A stretch of DNA of 62,352 nucleotides, the filler included, from Hausera hauseri (Eukaryota), in the NCBI GenBank assembly GCA_046269625.1. It is 9 parts of 9 records of this genome, joined end to end, with 100 filler letters (N's around TTAATTAATTAA, not from the genome) between each part and the next. Parts side by side here need not be neighbours in the genome. Positions count along the whole stretch, not along the records: positions 56,309 to 62,352 come from JBJURY010148867.1; 8 more parts are not named here. One strand, given 5' to 3'. Positions 59,630 through 62,352 of this stretch are shown one piece after another. How positions within the stretch are numbered: position 1 is the stretch's first letter; each line of letters opens with the position of its first letter. Below the pieces are notes generated by a model that was not told the DNA's origin, did no database searches, and saw nothing but the letters and a program-made list of their open reading frames with translations. The translations under genes and the position numbers were made by a program.

Positions 59630-62352
59630 GGAGGAGTCATCGGTTACCCTGCAATTTGGGGCCCGCCCACCGGGGGGAGGTCCCGACCGTCAACCCTGCG
59701 CCGGTCGGTAGGATGGCGCCCTTCGCGTCGGCCCCACATCGCGCCCCAAAGCGCACCACTCCTTTCCCCTCTATTTTCCTTTTCCTCAATGAAATACACA
59801 TTTACACAACCACTACATCACATCTGCACATTCCAACCCTTTGTACTTTTATTTCTCTTAATCAATTCTTCCGATTTTTATCTCACACATAACGGCGCTA
59901 TCATACCGCTCACCGGAACCCTACCATCTTTCTCAAGCCACATTTGTCTCCACATACATATCCTTATCCGTGGTGGCATGAACTGTTCGCCAACCATTGA
60001 CACCACGGATAAAACCACCACAAAACCAAAATTTGTCATATTACTTCAAAAACCTATTTCTACCCCTGCTAGCAACCTCCCATCCACTATCTCCGCTCGT
60101 TCCCTAACTACACCGAATTCTTCATTGACAACCAAGGCTCCAGCAAAACTTGGTTGCAATTCCATCAGCTATGGCTACAGGCAAATAACATCACTGACTC
60201 CTTAACAAAAGCACAATATCTTCTCTTCCTACTGCCTAATTATATCAAAACACGCATTCACAACATCATCGAAATCTTTAAACTTCCACACCCATATTTC
60301 AAACTTTCCAACGCAGTTCTTAAGATTACAGAACCTTCCATGGACACGATAATACAACATTTCTTCCACGACAACGTTATAGGCATCCAACGGCCATCAG
60401 AATTCTTACGTACCTCCTTAGCACAGCTCCATACCCTCGGCGTCACTAAGGAACACAACCCAGATCTACTGCGCCACTATTTTCTTAATGGGCTACCTAT
60501 CCAAATCCGGGCCCTACTTACCGTGTTGGAGGACTCCACACCGCTTGAGAAATTGGCCGAATTAACCGATAGGACACACGATGTCCTACACGTAAATTCT
60601 CCACCAGTTGTTTCAGCAGCAATTGCCGCTAACGATAATACATCCATAGAACAATAGCTTATTCAGCTACGTGCTGAAAATATTGCATTGCATGCAACAA
60701 TCAATAATATCGATAATAAATTAAACGAATGGTCTCTGTCCCGCCGAGGGGGTTTTGCCGCTGACCGCGCCCATTCTACGTCTAGAAACCGCTCATCATC
60801 GCCTGCGCGTTCGTCAATCTGCTATTACCACAGCAGATTTAACATTAATGCTCAGAAATGCTGTCTAGGGTGCAAATTTTATAACAAGAACTTTTCCTCG
60901 GACACCGTTGTTTGCATCTACCATGCAAGGTTCAAAAATCAAGCTCGTAAATGTATCCCCGGTTGCACCTTCAAATCCAATACGAACGACGAACGTACTA
61001 CCTTTCTTTCTAATAGTCGTCCTAATTCACCCTTTCAAAAAAACTAAGTTCGCCGCCAGACGTCACGGCAAACTCTGGCAAAGACACTACTTCACTCTCT
61101 GAACGCCGACACGCCTCCTTTGCTGTCTTTAAACTAAAGGCTGCTATCACTGCTCCTACAACGCAATCTGTTGACTACCTCATCGATACAGGTGCAGCGA
61201 TTTCTTTATTACCACAAACCTTTCCTGTACAAAATTCTCCATTCAAAATTAAGCCATTATACACTGCTTCAGGCCAAACGCTGTACATTTCTGGCATGGC
61301 TAAATTATCTTTCAATTTACTAAAATTTCTTTCACCTTTCCATTGGACGTTCACAGTCGTTAACATCCAGACGGCAATTCTAGGATCCGACTTTCTTTCA
61401 CATTATAATTTACTGGTTGACTGCAGTCAACGATATTTGAGGAATGGCACCATTGGCGACATTTCTGGATATGTCAATAGCATTTCGACTACCGCAAAGT
61501 CGACCGGAATGCGAAGGTCAATCTTAAAACAGTCAATAAATAATTCCAATTTCCATAATAATAACTTTATTCGTAAATTTTTAAATAATAATATTGATAT
61601 ACAATCGAGGTTTGATGTCTATAGGTGTGGTACTGCCACCAACGTTAACTTATTCGACGAAAATACTTTATTCAACACCATTTTCAATTGGACAATCTTA
61701 CACCAAATACCACTTGACCTCACATCACCTAACAACTCACAAATTGCATCCGCTACTACTCAAGCCGTTCACCACTTTCATCAAATTTCTCACAGTTACC
61801 TACAACTTTACAGCAATTCGTCAACACATCATGTCCACGAGTACTTAAAAAAGACCGTACTTTTACTCCCGCAAACAGTACTTTACACCACAGTCACACA
61901 GCATTAACGTCCAATACGCCAAATAGTACGGCCTCTGTCATCGCGTCGTAGACAGACCGTAGAAGCCGAATTTCTTGAACTAGAACGTTCCGGCATCGTA
62001 CGCCGTTCCAAATCTCCGTGGTCATCACCGTTAAACGTTGTACAAAAAAAAACAGTACTTTTAGACCATGCGGTGACTACCGACAGCTTAACAACTTGAC
62101 TATCGTGGATGCATACCCTTTACCACTTATCAAGGATATCTTGCATCGTCTTAATTCAACCACCATCTATTCAACCATTGATTTAACTAAAGCATACCAT
62201 CAAATACCGGTAGCATCTGAAGACATAGAAAAAACTGCAGTAACTACTCCTTTTGGTCTCTATGAATACTTGTTTATGCCATTCGGTCTGCGGAATGCCG
62301 CACAAACTTTTCAGTGGCACATTGATTCAAATCTTTCCGGTTTTTCATTTGC
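59630..62352 (+). mobile_element. CsRn1/Boudicca-like Ty3/Gypsy retrotransposon, 5' part (leader, gag with double CHCC, PR, start of RT)
   Basis: Collinear and similar to the reverse complement of 37600-40345; YLIDTGAAIS, ILGSDFL, SPWSSP, RPCGDYRQLN, MPFGLRNAAQTFQ. Confidence 0.92.

Overview
This window is not one locus. It is nine eukaryotic contigs joined by identical 100-bp linkers (44 N + TTAATTAATTAA + 44 N): 1-7810, 7911-17037, 17138-21987, 22088-26645, 26746-31358, 31459-41556, 41657-48864, 48965-56208 and 56309-62352. Most contigs look like repeat-rich, AT-rich invertebrate DNA. They contain decayed Polinton/adintovirus-type protein-primed DNA polymerase genes, several Ty3/Gypsy retrotransposons (three copies of a CsRn1-like family with a doubled CHCC knuckle), an apparently intact L1/Tx1 LINE, MITEs, a SINE, and intronless broken host-gene fragments (POGZ/ZNF280-like, HR39/NR5B-like, alpha-tubulin, GCN1, transportin). 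One contig (41657-48864) is teleost-fish-like and chimeric (prkdc exons 1-6, mcm7 exons, a thra exon). The most notable feature is contig 2, a decayed virus-like Ty3/Gypsy element. Its order is: chuvirus-type glycoprotein C-terminus, PTAP linker, PR-RT-RNaseH-IN, in-frame signal peptide + FN3 ectodomain + TM, splice acceptor, catalytically dead REX4/ISG20-like DEDDh domain, RING-HC finger, PPT, LTR. An exact second copy of the PPT lies about 8.1 kb upstream. All family assignments come from motif recognition by eye; no searches were run.
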